Shown in pieces: positions 27,671-36,467 of a stretch of DNA of 64,000 bases. The first letter of the stretch is position 1. Each line of letters starts with the position of its first letter. The position numbers were made by a program, and so were the translations under genes. The notes under the pieces were generated by a model. It worked only from the letters and a program-made list of their open reading frames with translations, did no database searches and was not told where the DNA came from. The DNA lies in IMG/VR virus record IMGVR_UViG_3300042731_002249, positions 6,432 to 70,431 of that record. The stretch is one strand, 5' to 3'. This DNA is from a virus.

Positions 27671-28068
27671 TGATGAAAAGAGCGATACAGGCAGCTGTGA
27701 TGTTGGTGCTACTTGGTAGCCTGACTATCCAAGCCGATCCGTTTAAGGAGTGGAACTGGACCGGGCCAACGGAATACGAAAATGGCACCCTGATTCCAGC
27801 TGAAGACGACCTTAGCTTTAACCTGTACTGCGGCACGACCGAGGGTGGTCCGTATGACCAGTACAGCGCATTGCTTACCGAGCCGCCGCCTGACGTTCAG
27901 GACATGGGGCCTTTGGTGATGAACACACCCGGCACGTACTACTGCGTATCGACTGCAACCTCGTCGTTGTGGAACTCTGAGAGCGCTTACTCCAATGAAG
28001 TGGCTTTCACTGTGCTTCCGTCCGATCTGGGTCTAAGGCCGAAGCCACCTGTGTTGTCACTCCAGTAA
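27670..28068 (+). CDS. Secreted fibronectin type III-like protein
   Basis: Signal peptide MMKRAIQAAVMLVLLGSLTIQA; W.W..P, FNLYCG..GGPY, GTYYCV.TA, ESAYSNEV FnIII pattern. Confidence 0.7.
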   Translation: MMKRAIQAAVMLVLLGSLTIQADPFKEWNWTGPTEYENGTLIPAEDDLSFNLYCGTTEGGPYDQYSALLTEPPPDVQDMGPLVMNTPGTYYCVSTATSSLWNSESAYSNEVAFTVLPSDLGLRPKPPVLSLQ

Positions 28069-28084
28069 AACCCAAAGGATCAGG

Positions 28085-28540
28085 ATGCTCAGCATGGTAA
28101 GCGGAAAAGTAATAGGGTGTGCAGTGGTCGGCGTGATACTTGTCGTCCTTGGCTGGCAGCTCAAGGCTGCGCTTCAGAAGGTCGGTGAGCTGGAGGCCAA
28201 GCTGGAGCAGCAAGCCAGAGAGACCGAAGAGTGCGTTACCGCAAACGGGACCAACCAGACCACAATCACTGATCTGGAGTCACAGATCGCAACCATGGTC
28301 GAAGAGCGCCGCGCCGATGCAGAGCGCCGCGAGCAGGTGCTGACCGAGCGAGAGAGAGAACTCGAAGAAGCTCGTGCCCGTGCCGACAGACTGGAGAGAG
28401 AACGCGAAAATGAGATCGCAAGCAACGACGACTGCGCTGCGCTTATGCAGCTTGACCTTGATTCTTTTTGCCCTGCCACTGCTCACCAGCTGCGCCAGCG
28501 AACCATCGGTGCAAGTGGTGACGGAGACGCGAACCATTGA
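28085..28540 (+). CDS. i-spanin (Rz-like)
   Basis: N-terminal TM segment, long coiled coil, C-terminal cysteines; overlapped by a lipoprotein gene. Confidence 0.8.
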   Translation: MLSMVSGKVIGCAVVGVILVVLGWQLKAALQKVGELEAKLEQQARETEECVTANGTNQTTITDLESQIATMVEERRADAERREQVLTERERELEEARARADRLERERENEIASNDDCAALMQLDLDSFCPATAHQLRQRTIGASGDGDANH

Positions 28541-28754
28541 GGTCCCGGTAGAGGTGGTCAAGCCTCTACCGGAAACCCTGACCAGACCGCTCAACTATCC
28601 TGAGAGCGTAGTGTTTGGCGTTGACGGTGCGATCACGGTCAACGAGCTGCTGAACATGGTGTTTGATCTGCTGGATACCGTGGACACGGCGAACGCCGAC
28701 CGGGCAAAGGCTGAAGCGCTTACGCAGCCTTCCGGGGAACCTGTTCCTCAGTGA
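28410..28754 (+). CDS. o-spanin (Rz1-like lipoprotein)
   Basis: Lipobox LLTS-C; Pro/Val-rich mature part; overlaps the i-spanin 3' end in another frame. Confidence 0.8.
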   Translation: MRSQATTTALRLCSLTLILFALPLLTSCASEPSVQVVTETRTIEVPVEVVKPLPETLTRPLNYPESVVFGVDGAITVNELLNMVFDLLDTVDTANADRAKAEALTQPSGEPVPQ

Positions 28755-28902
28755 AGCTGATTTGAGGCTTGCCGTGCGTGGCGCACTGAACTCGCGGCAG
28801 GTGGTTACGTTCCACGTGGAACGTCCGCACGCAGCCGCACTCGTAGGCGACGTGGACAACCTTCTCAAGTAGCGTCAAAACTTTAGCATTGAGCGTGTTC
28901 AT
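28720..28902 (-). CDS. Small hypothetical protein, possibly Zn-binding
   Basis: MNTLNAK...ECGC...CATHG; last gene of the leftward operon. Confidence 0.5.
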   Translation of the reverse strand: MNTLNAKVLTLLEKVVHVAYECGCVRTFHVERNHLPRVQCATHGKPQISFTEEQVPRKAA

Positions 28903-28942
28903 ATTCACACCTTGTGTGAATATCTTCACGCTGTCAAGTAAA

Positions 28943-29161
28943 TCAGCCTATCGGCAAATCGTCGTCATGCGTCCTGAGAAGCCGCAGGAGCGCGACTTTC
29001 TCTTCGAGTACCGCCAGCTGCTCCTTGGCCAGATACTCCAGCAGGCGATCATACGCTTCGACCTGCGGCCATCCTTCGGGGGTCCGCTCCTTGATCCTGA
29101 TGACCTCGCCGCCGATCAGGTTGCTCAGGTGGGTGTAGTCAGCCACTTGCGTGTTCCTCAT
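28943..29161 (-). CDS. Hypothetical protein
   Basis: Fits the packing of the leftward operon. Confidence 0.55.
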   Translation of the reverse strand: MRNTQVADYTHLSNLIGGEVIRIKERTPEGWPQVEAYDRLLEYLAKEQLAVLEEKVALLRLLRTHDDDLPIG

Positions 29162-30161
29162 GAGTAATCAATTCAATGTCGCGCCTGACCACGCCAAGGC
29201 TTTCGTCACCTCGCCAGTGGGGTTTGACCCATACTTTCTTGCCCGACTTCTTGTAATGCCGATAGAAGCCACGGACTTGGTGCAGCCGCTTGTGCGGCTG
29301 GAATATCGAGCGGCCAGTTTGCGACGGCTCAGGGGCATCCACTTCGAGCTGAATAATCGTATGCTCGAACTGCGGATGCTGGTGACGCTTGCGCAGGCGC
29401 TTGGGCCGATACGACATCGGTGGCCGACCACCCGCTATGGTCTTGTGGCGCAGCACCGACTGAAGCTGAAACTGCTCCAACCAGATCAGAATGAAGGCAC
29501 GGAAAATGTTGATGGCATCCTGCCCCTTCTTCGTTACTACTACGCCGGGTGTCGTTGCTGTGACAAAGCCCGTGTCTTCCCAGACCTTGCCCTTTTGGAA
29601 GTGAAGTTCGACAGGGACATACGACAGCCGTTGCTCCGAATGCACTTGACCATCTGCCATCAGCTCTACGCCGCGAGTCCTGTGCAGGCACAGGTTGGCG
29701 CATATCCATGGCTCGTCGCCATCTACGTCCAGCTCAGGGTAGCGCTCACCGGTCTTGGTGGTCGTCTCCTGTAGCGAGATCAGGTAAGTGTCATCGCCCC
29801 ACTCCACCATCAACGTACACCACTCGTGTGGCAAATTGATTGGCGTGGTCTTACGGATGTAGCGCAGCTCGTCTTCGTAATGGTGAACCAGACCAGCGAA
29901 TGTTTCAGCATCGACCTTGTACTTCACAGATGAGCGAACGCATCGCGCCAGCCACGCATCGACTGGCAGCGCGTCGTTCATCATGAGGGTGAAGTCAGCA
30001 TCATCCTTGACCTTGAACAGGGTATCGTTCAGGGCCATGTGCTTCGGCTTGCCGGTCATTTTCTTGTCCAGCACTAAAGCCTCGGCGTATTCCAGCCACT
30101 CCAGCCATTCATGAAAAGCAGGGCCGAGATGGCCCTGCTTCTGTTGCTGTCGTTTCCTCAT
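29139..30161 (-). CDS. Phage protein with a C-terminal H-x-VRG..W..PHWRGD motif
   Basis: HKRLHQVRGFYRHY...VWVKPHWRGDESLG is a motif I recognise from phage hypothetical proteins. Confidence 0.7.
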   Translation of the reverse strand: MRKRQQQKQGHLGPAFHEWLEWLEYAEALVLDKKMTGKPKHMALNDTLFKVKDDADFTLMMNDALPVDAWLARCVRSSVKYKVDAETFAGLVHHYEDELRYIRKTTPINLPHEWCTLMVEWGDDTYLISLQETTTKTGERYPELDVDGDEPWICANLCLHRTRGVELMADGQVHSEQRLSYVPVELHFQKGKVWEDTGFVTATTPGVVVTKKGQDAINIFRAFILIWLEQFQLQSVLRHKTIAGGRPPMSYRPKRLRKRHQHPQFEHTIIQLEVDAPEPSQTGRSIFQPHKRLHQVRGFYRHYKKSGKKVWVKPHWRGDESLGVVRRDIELITHEEHASG

Positions 30162-30328
30162 GACTTCGCTCCTATTCGTCGTTGCAGAGCCTCTCGGTCT
30201 GCGATGGCTTTGCGAATGTCATCCCGGCACGTGGACAAAATGCCCAGTGCTTCGTGCAGCCTGTCGTCGTTGATCTTTTCGATCACAATGTTCAGGTTGC
30301 TGATGGCTATCTGCTTGTTCGTTTTCAT
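30158..30328 (-). CDS. Hypothetical protein (56 aa)
   Basis: MKTNKQIAISNLNIVIEKINDDRLHEALG...; ATGA-coupled at both ends; absent from the ORF track. Confidence 0.55.
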   Translation of the reverse strand: MKTNKQIAISNLNIVIEKINDDRLHEALGILSTCRDDIRKAIADREALQRRIGAKS

Positions 30329-31176
30329 GACGCTACCACCTCGGCCTTGACCGCATCACGTGCGTACAGTCGCAGCATGTTGTACTTGGCAACAGCGTTG
30401 CGCTTGGCCAACTTGCTGTACGTGCGCCGCACGTTCTTCAGAACCTCATGAGGATTCTGCGTATCGATCAGGTCTCGCATGGCAGCAGAGAAAGCGTAGT
30501 TCGACTCATCGACCATCCACTGCTCTGTGTCGGACGTGCCGATCAGAGTAGCTTCGCTGGTGTCGCTGATGAACATGCCAGTGTAAAACCCAGATAGGTT
30601 GTTCCACTCCATGAACTGGTCAGCGTTGCACCAGATAGCCGTCAACCGCTTGCCACGCAACCGGTCAACCATGCTGTCGTCAATGACGTAGCCGGTTGTC
30701 AGGCTCTTGTAGCTCGAACCACCGTAGTTGCTGTAGCCGCCATAGCTGCTGTAGCCACCGTAATTGCCGTACCGGTTGCCACCAACTTGGCGATTAGAGA
30801 ACCAGTCGTCTTCGTCGTCGCAGCCGGGTTCGCGATCAGGCAGCTGATCGAGCAAGCTCTTGGCCTCGCTGGGCGTGTAAAAATCTTTCACGTCCTTCGA
30901 GGTCACGGGCTTGTTGCCCTGCCGGATGGCTTCACTGGGTTTCATGGCAGGCTTGGCCTTGACTACAGGCTTGGGCTTACCATTGAACTGGCCGACAGCC
31001 AGCAGGCCCTGCGGTGTGCCGTGACCCATCATAATGATGTGATCATGCTCATCGATGGCCTTGCCAACGTCTTCCTTCGTGCAGCCACCCGTTATGACCG
31101 TATAGCCACGGCCATGGTAGATAGACTTCAGAAAATCTGTCGTCTTATCTTTCGGGTGAATAACTAAAGTTTTCAT
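30325..31176 (-). CDS. Putative clan-CD (caspase/CHAT/C25-like) protease-fold protein with a low-complexity insertion
   Basis: IIMMGHG and LTAIWC potential His/Cys dyad; AGGAG RBS; first gene after a strong promoter. Confidence 0.55.
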   Translation of the reverse strand: MKTLVIHPKDKTTDFLKSIYHGRGYTVITGGCTKEDVGKAIDEHDHIIMMGHGTPQGLLAVGQFNGKPKPVVKAKPAMKPSEAIRQGNKPVTSKDVKDFYTPSEAKSLLDQLPDREPGCDDEDDWFSNRQVGGNRYGNYGGYSSYGGYSNYGGSSYKSLTTGYVIDDSMVDRLRGKRLTAIWCNADQFMEWNNLSGFYTGMFISDTSEATLIGTSDTEQWMVDESNYAFSAAMRDLIDTQNPHEVLKNVRRTYSKLAKRNAVAKYNMLRLYARDAVKAEVVAS

Positions 31177-31214
31177 GATTGTCTCCTTCATCAAAATCCC
31201 ATTGGGATGTGGCT

Positions 31215-31242
31215 ATTATACCACACTGACAAAGGAAGGCAA
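31215..31242 (-). promoter_or_regulatory. Sigma70-like leftward promoter
   Basis: TTGCCT-16 nt-TATAAT on the minus strand; CACTGACA/TGTCAGTG inverted repeat flanks the -35 box. Confidence 0.7.
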
Positions 31243-31257
31243 CCCCTGTGTCAGTGG

Positions 31258-31677
31258 CTAGAAGGGGATGTCGTCATCAAACTCTTTCTGCTGCGTGTCG
31301 GATGAATCCCTCGGTGGGGCGCTGGGGCCTCGCTCCTGCTTGTTGCTGAGAAACTGGACCTGATCGGCACGCACCTTCGTGCGGTATCGATTCTGCCCGG
31401 TCTCCTTGTCCTGCCACTTGTCGGTGCGCCAGCGCCCCTCGACGTAAACCGGACTGCCCTTCTGGAGATACTTGGCACAGGCTTCGGCTACGCCGCCCCA
31501 TGCCTCGATGTCGATCCACTCGGTGGATTCCTTCTGCTCACCTGTGGTCTTGTCTTTCCACGTCTCGGTGACCGCGATACTGAACTTGGTCACAGCTGCG
31601 CCTGACGGCAGGTAGCTGGTGTCCGGGTCCATGCCGAGGTTCCCGATCAAAATTACTTTGTTTACTCCGCGTGCCAT
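31258..31677 (-). CDS. ssb: Single-stranded DNA-binding protein
   Basis: MARGVNKVILIGNLG.DP, KGSPVYVEG, acidic C-terminus DDDIPF. Confidence 0.97.
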   Translation of the reverse strand: MARGVNKVILIGNLGMDPDTSYLPSGAAVTKFSIAVTETWKDKTTGEQKESTEWIDIEAWGGVAEACAKYLQKGSPVYVEGRWRTDKWQDKETGQNRYRTKVRADQVQFLSNKQERGPSAPPRDSSDTQQKEFDDDIPF

Positions 31678-31943
31678 TAGTAGATTCTCCTGATCTGAGC
31701 TTGCTTTGCTTCGTTGACGGTTACCTGATACTCGCGCACGATCTTGTCGCACCAGTCGCAGCGCTGCACGCGGCGACCACCTACCATGTCACGCACCGGG
31801 CCGGGGTCATGCTTGCCGAACACACAGCGAATGCGGCGCTTGATCCTCATCCACCGATAGGCAGTCATGTACCCAGACATCCAGTAACCAAATGCCAGCC
31901 CTGTGAAAGCGCACAGGGCCATCGTGATGCTATTCGTTTCCAT
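31677..31943 (-). CDS. Membrane protein with a C/H motif
   Basis: N-terminal TM segment; CVFGKH...CDWC. Confidence 0.6.
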   Translation of the reverse strand: METNSITMALCAFTGLAFGYWMSGYMTAYRWMRIKRRIRCVFGKHDPGPVRDMVGGRRVQRCDWCDKIVREYQVTVNEAKQAQIRRIY

Positions 31944-32142
31944 CCTCGAACTCCTTGGTCTGCATCAGGAACTCATTCAGCCTGCCGTAGTCTTGCAGGG
32001 CGCACGTTCCTACATTGGGCAGGAAGTCATCAACGACCGCCCTGCCCATTCTGACCAGCTCTTTCAGCCGCTCAATTTCCATGTCCTTCTCGGTGAGCGC
32101 TTTGCGGGTGCCGGTTTCAGTTACCTCAAAGTCAGGTGTCAT
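31930..32142 (-). CDS. Hypothetical protein
   Basis: Start MTPDFEV with GGGAG RBS; overlaps both neighbours. Confidence 0.55.
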   Translation of the reverse strand: MTPDFEVTETGTRKALTEKDMEIERLKELVRMGRAVVDDFLPNVGTCALQDYGRLNEFLMQTKEFEDGNE

Positions 32143-33082
32143 TGCCTTCTCCCGTATCCAGCAGTGCCGTTCGCATCTTCTTGTACGTGATGCGAGCCTG
32201 CACCTGATCCTCTTCGCTGAGGAACTTCGCAGCCTTGGCAGCATCGAGCAGGTCAGCCATGCTGTCGCTCTGGTGCATGGCGCGTTCGACGCTCGACAGC
32301 GTTACCTCTTCGACACCATCACCGAAGACCTCACGTGCCTGATCGAGTAGCGGGTTGCTTTCCGCTGGCTGCTCCTTTTCAGGCAGCTTGTAGTCAGTCA
32401 CAGGCGGCGGCGTATCATCGTGGTCCTGCATCTCTTCCACCATGCCCAGACCCTTGAGCAGGTCAGGGTAGGCATCGCGCAGGCAATACGAACGGGCACG
32501 CATCTGGAGCATCCGCGTGGGGTGCTTCTGCCAGTTGAACTTCGTGTGGATGCCTGCCTGTACGGCGTTGTCCATGGAATACGAAGCGCTAATTGGTTTC
32601 GGGTCACCTTTACGTTGCGTTGTGCAGGTGGCAGTCAATCCGTCCTCAGAGATTGTCTCCTGAATCCATTCGCACTTACTTGATGCTCTTACGACACCTA
32701 TCAATCCATCACCGTACAGGCAGGGCTTTCCGTCGATGACAGCGATGGACTGGATCGCCTGAAACGGCTCCATGCCCAGCTCTGCCCCCATGTTGATCGC
32801 CACGAAGCAGTCGTTCGGTCGGCCACGGTAAGCATCTGGCACAAGGTTCGACTGTGCCAGCGTGTGCGCGATGCGCTTGGCGATCTCGAATTTCTGGAAC
32901 TCCGGGTTGGCGCTGATCAGGTCTACCTGATACGTCGCTTGCGGAGCGTCCGCTTCGATCACGTCAAGGTGTTCGCGTTCGTCCTCGAAGTTCATTACCT
33001 CATCAGCTTTCTTGGCTGCGGTTTTTTTCTTCGCGGCTTTTTTCTTGGTGACCTTTTTCTTGCTTGCTTTCTTAGTCGTCAT
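32132..33082 (-). CDS. RecT/Redbeta-like single-strand annealing protein
   Basis: SNLVP.AYRG.P, G.ELGM.P.QA.Q.I.VI.GKP, W.KHP.RML..RA...CLRDAYPD; adjacent to YqaJ. Confidence 0.85.
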   Translation of the reverse strand: MTTKKASKKKVTKKKAAKKKTAAKKADEVMNFEDEREHLDVIEADAPQATYQVDLISANPEFQKFEIAKRIAHTLAQSNLVPDAYRGRPNDCFVAINMGAELGMEPFQAIQSIAVIDGKPCLYGDGLIGVVRASSKCEWIQETISEDGLTATCTTQRKGDPKPISASYSMDNAVQAGIHTKFNWQKHPTRMLQMRARSYCLRDAYPDLLKGLGMVEEMQDHDDTPPPVTDYKLPEKEQPAESNPLLDQAREVFGDGVEEVTLSSVERAMHQSDSMADLLDAAKAAKFLSEEDQVQARITYKKMRTALLDTGEGNDT

Positions 33083-34040
33083 TTGTCTTCTCCAGCGTCA
33101 TGACCTTTGCGTCATGCGACAGTACAGTTCCAGCCTCGATGGCATCGGTGGCCAGCTTTGGCAGTTTCTTCACGCGGCGCGTATCGATGTACTTCGACTC
33201 TGCGACCGTGTATTCCTTGCGCGTCACTTCCTTGCGGGTTATGGCAGTCTCGTCAGGCAGCAGGCCCACGGCACATTCGCCCATGAGCATGGCCAGACGG
33301 TTCTTGCAGCCAGTCACAACGTCATCGAATATCTTGCGCTGTGCCATGGCATCGTCCATCACGTCCTGATACTTCTGTGCCACGTCAGGCAACTGGACAA
33401 CCTGCCCGTTGGTGCCGGGGTACAGGTCTTTCAGGAGCCGCGTAGTGGCCGCTGATTGCCAGTCAGGCTCAGGGGCTACCCCATGCTCGACTCGATCCCA
33501 GAACTCCTGCTCAGCCTCAACCAGCGTATCGATGATGTGCTGGATAGGAGTGATGCGGTACATGCGGTAGTCGCGGTTGCCGATCAGGACTGCGAGGTCC
33601 CACAGATCGTACCCGGTGACAGCGAGGTAGTGCTGACACTGGAGCATGATGTATGGCGGTATCTCGGCAGACCCAGACTCGCCCCACCCATCGGGACGTG
33701 CAGCGGTCTTCGCCTCGAAGCCAATGCGACGATCTTCACCGACCACCTTGCGGTCGATGTTAGCAATCATGAACGGGTGTTCTTTGGACCTGATGAGCTG
33801 GTTGCTCTTTTGGATTTTGTATCCGGTCTCTTCGGCGTACCGATCAGCGACAGGCTGTTCGAGAACGCTACCCCAGTACCGCGACTCCTTGAGGAAGTTT
33901 TCGTCTTCGGGTGGCGCTTCGCCGCGCTTGTCCAGATACAGGCCATAGACATCCTTGAATGGATTGAGGCCGAGAATAACAGCAGCATCTGATCCACCTA
34001 TGCCGCTGCGTCGTTCTTCGAGTTGTTCTTTGGTAAGCAT
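33072..34040 (-). CDS. YqaJ-like (lambda exonuclease-type) exonuclease
   Basis: RRSGIGGSDAAVILG.NP, WG..LE, ANIDR, EAKTA, QCQHYLAVTG. Confidence 0.93.
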   Translation of the reverse strand: MLTKEQLEERRSGIGGSDAAVILGLNPFKDVYGLYLDKRGEAPPEDENFLKESRYWGSVLEQPVADRYAEETGYKIQKSNQLIRSKEHPFMIANIDRKVVGEDRRIGFEAKTAARPDGWGESGSAEIPPYIMLQCQHYLAVTGYDLWDLAVLIGNRDYRMYRITPIQHIIDTLVEAEQEFWDRVEHGVAPEPDWQSAATTRLLKDLYPGTNGQVVQLPDVAQKYQDVMDDAMAQRKIFDDVVTGCKNRLAMLMGECAVGLLPDETAITRKEVTRKEYTVAESKYIDTRRVKKLPKLATDAIEAGTVLSHDAKVMTLEKTNDD

Positions 34041-34086
34041 TGCACTCTCCTGTCAATGATGCGCCGCTCAACCAGCGCATATAAAT

Positions 34087-34202
34087 GTGCGGGGGTGGGA
34101 ATCCAACCCACTTCGCCCTTCGGGCCAGCTCTATGAAGACCTGTACAGCTCGTAGTTCGCCGGGTAATCCCGGTTACTTTGCCTGCTGATAGTCACCCGC
34201 AC
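34087..34202 (-). ncRNA. Aberrant tRNA-like element
   Basis: Acceptor stem GTGCGGG/CCCGCAC, T-arm GTGGG-TTGGATT-CCCAC, variable hairpin GCCC-GAA-GGGC, imperfect anticodon arm, extra CCGGG-ATTA-CCCGG hairpin. Confidence 0.5.
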
Positions 34203-34212
34203 CGCCAGAGTC

Positions 34213-34240
34213 ATTGTATCGCAACCCTTCCCAAAGTCAA
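34213..34240 (-). promoter_or_regulatory. Sigma70-like leftward promoter
   Basis: TTGACT-16 nt-TACAAT on the minus strand, about 10 nt upstream of the tRNA-like element. Confidence 0.7.
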
Positions 34241-34286
34241 CACTCAGTGGTAACATTTCACCCTTCCCTGATAAAGCAGAGCAGCC

Positions 34287-34541
34287 ATGATGCCAGACCC
34301 TTATGGCCCGAATCAGCGACCTGACGCAAAGCCACCTCACGAGAATGTGATCCGTCGCTTTCGAGAAGAACTGAGAATGGACCGCCCGGAGTTTGCCGAC
34401 TTACTCGACGTGAAGATCGACACACTCAGAGTCTGGGAAGCAGGCAAGTCGAGACCACGTGGCCCTGCCGCATTGAAGATCATCGAGGTTGCGTCGAGGA
34501 ACGATTACCCACTGACGCTTGAACAAATCTTCGAGAAGTAG
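34287..34541 (+). CDS. XRE-family helix-turn-helix regulator (Cro-like)
   Basis: IRRFREEL.M....FA.LL.V...TLRVWEAGKSRP; transcribed divergently from the recombination operon. Confidence 0.85.
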   Translation: MMPDPYGPNQRPDAKPPHENVIRRFREELRMDRPEFADLLDVKIDTLRVWEAGKSRPRGPAALKIIEVASRNDYPLTLEQIFEK

Positions 34542-34548
34542 TACAAAG

Positions 34549-34584
34549 AAAAAAGCCCGACCGCGTGGACGCAAGTCGGGCTTT
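34549..34584. terminator. Hairpin/possible intrinsic terminator
   Basis: AAAGCCCGAC ... GTCGGGCTTT inverted repeat preceded by an A-run. Confidence 0.5.
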
Positions 34585-34922
34585 AGAAACTGGTTTGGGT
34601 TGCGCCGCTAACCAGTCACAAGCGAAGAATACCACTCCCTGTGAAAATGACGCAACCCACCAGCGCTGGGTTGTCGGTTACATGTACGCTCGCCCAGTTG
34701 AAGATGCCCACCTTCCGGGTCGAACGCTGCGGGATCAGGTGGGAAGAGGGAAAGCAGCAGCGCGTCGTGTACCGGCTCTCGAAGCCTCTCAGGGCAGCAC
34801 AGACGAGACGTTATGAGCTTAGCGGCTCAGGGTCTCGTCTGCCCGGATCGAACATCAGGACTGCAAAGCTAACCAATACCAGAGAGTGGTAATACTTTCA
34901 CACTCTGTGGTAATATCTATTG

Positions 34923-36467
34923 ATGGCTTTTACGCTTCGACAATACCAACTCGACATCATTCACAAGGTGCGACAATCGATCCTTGCCGGGTCTCGTCGC
35001 ATCCTCGTCGTGCTGCCCACTGGTGGTGGCAAGACAGTCGTCGCAGCTGAGATCGTAAAACTTGCTGCGGAGAAGTTTCGCCGTTCGATGTTTCTCGCCC
35101 ATCGCCGCGAGCTTATTTACCAGTGTGCTGACAAGCTCGTGAAGTTCGGCGTGGACCACGGCATTCTGATGGCCGGTGAATACCCATACGGCGCAGCGGA
35201 TTGTCAGGTCGCCAGTATCGACACGCTCCGTGCCAGATGTATCACAACGGATAAGATGCCGCTCCCCTATGCGGACGTAGTTATCGTTGATGAGGCGCAC
35301 CGCTCGCTCGCACCGACTTACGTCACCCTGATCAACCACTACGGTGAACGTGTCGTCATAGGACTGACGGCGACACCCATCCGTGGCGACGGCAAAGGTT
35401 TGGGTCACGTGTACGATGACATGGTTCAGGGTCCGACTATCCGGTGGATGATCGATCATGACTTCCTCGTTGAGCCACGCACATTCGCTCCTACGATCAC
35501 TGACCTGACCGGCGTGAGAGTAAAGGGTGGAGACTATGACCCGAAGGAGCTGGAGCGTGCGATGGATCGGCGTTCATTGGTTGGGGATATTGTTAGTCAC
35601 TGGCACAGGCTTGCCAGCGACCGGCCAACTATAGTGTTTGCGAGTGGGGTCAAACATTCGATTCACCTGCGCGACGAGTTCAGGAAGGCAGGTGCTGTAG
35701 CTGCGCACGTAGATGGAGATACGCCCCTTCCTGAGCGCAAGCAAATCATAGCCGACCTTCACGCTGGCAAGGTACAGGTTATCTGCAACTACGCGGTACT
35801 GACTGAGGGGTTCGATGAGCCACCGCTCTCCGCGTGCGTGCTTGCTCGTCCGACGAAGAATCTTGGCCTGTATCTCCAGATGGCAGGCCGTACCCTCAGA
35901 CCAGCCGACAACAAGGAAGACACCTACATCATCGACCATAGCGGTAACGTCTACGAACACGGCTTCGTCCAAGATGAGCGCCGCTGGGTGCTGGAAGAGG
36001 GCCGTGCCCTGACAACCACCACTGAAGAGCGGCAGCGTGAGTTCGATGAGAAGAAGCCTATCACATGCGTGAACTGCGCGACCGTGTACAGCGGTCAGCT
36101 GCCCTGTCCGCACTGTGGTCACATACCAGAGAAGAAGGGTCGCTGGGTGCAGTCCAGATCGGGCGACCTCATGGAAGTACGAGCCGAGGCACGGAGAACA
36201 GCCAAGGCCAGAAAGTTCACGCCTGACCAGCGTGAGCTGTGGTACAGGTCGCTGCTACGGATAGGCATCGACCGACCGAAAGTGAAGAAGGTCTATGGGT
36301 GGGCTGCTCACAAGTACAAGACGAAGATGGGTGAGTGGCCTGAAGATTGGTTCAGCAAACAGGCACTGGACACACCTCTGCCAGAGGTGAAGTCGTGGTG
36401 CAGGGGTATGGATATTCGATATGCAAAAGGACGCGAGAAGGCAGAAGCTGCGAATGCTGGTGGATAG
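34923..36467 (+). CDS. Superfamily 2 DEAH helicase with a C-terminal Zn finger (RadD/YejH-like)
   Basis: LRQYQ, PTGGGKT, DEAH, TAT, LTEGFD, QMAGRTLR, CxxC...CPHC. Confidence 0.93.
   Translation: MAFTLRQYQLDIIHKVRQSILAGSRRILVVLPTGGGKTVVAAEIVKLAAEKFRRSMFLAHRRELIYQCADKLVKFGVDHGILMAGEYPYGAADCQVASIDTLRARCITTDKMPLPYADVVIVDEAHRSLAPTYVTLINHYGERVVIGLTATPIRGDGKGLGHVYDDMVQGPTIRWMIDHDFLVEPRTFAPTITDLTGVRVKGGDYDPKELERAMDRRSLVGDIVSHWHRLASDRPTIVFASGVKHSIHLRDEFRKAGAVAAHVDGDTPLPERKQIIADLHAGKVQVICNYAVLTEGFDEPPLSACVLARPTKNLGLYLQMAGRTLRPADNKEDTYIIDHSGNVYEHGFVQDERRWVLEEGRALTTTTEERQREFDEKKPITCVNCATVYSGQLPCPHCGHIPEKKGRWVQSRSGDLMEVRAEARRTAKARKFTPDQRELWYRSLLRIGIDRPKVKKVYGWAAHKYKTKMGEWPEDWFSKQALDTPLPEVKSWCRGMDIRYAKGREKAEAANAGG

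Noticed and set aside
34560-34900. c-di-GMP-I riboswitch to pair with the GGDEF domain (GGACGCAAG, GCAAAGC fragments; also 49141 GCACAAAG)
   Set aside because: The GGCAAAC/GNRA P2 stem and the tetraloop receptor could not be assembled by eye; an Infernal search would be needed.
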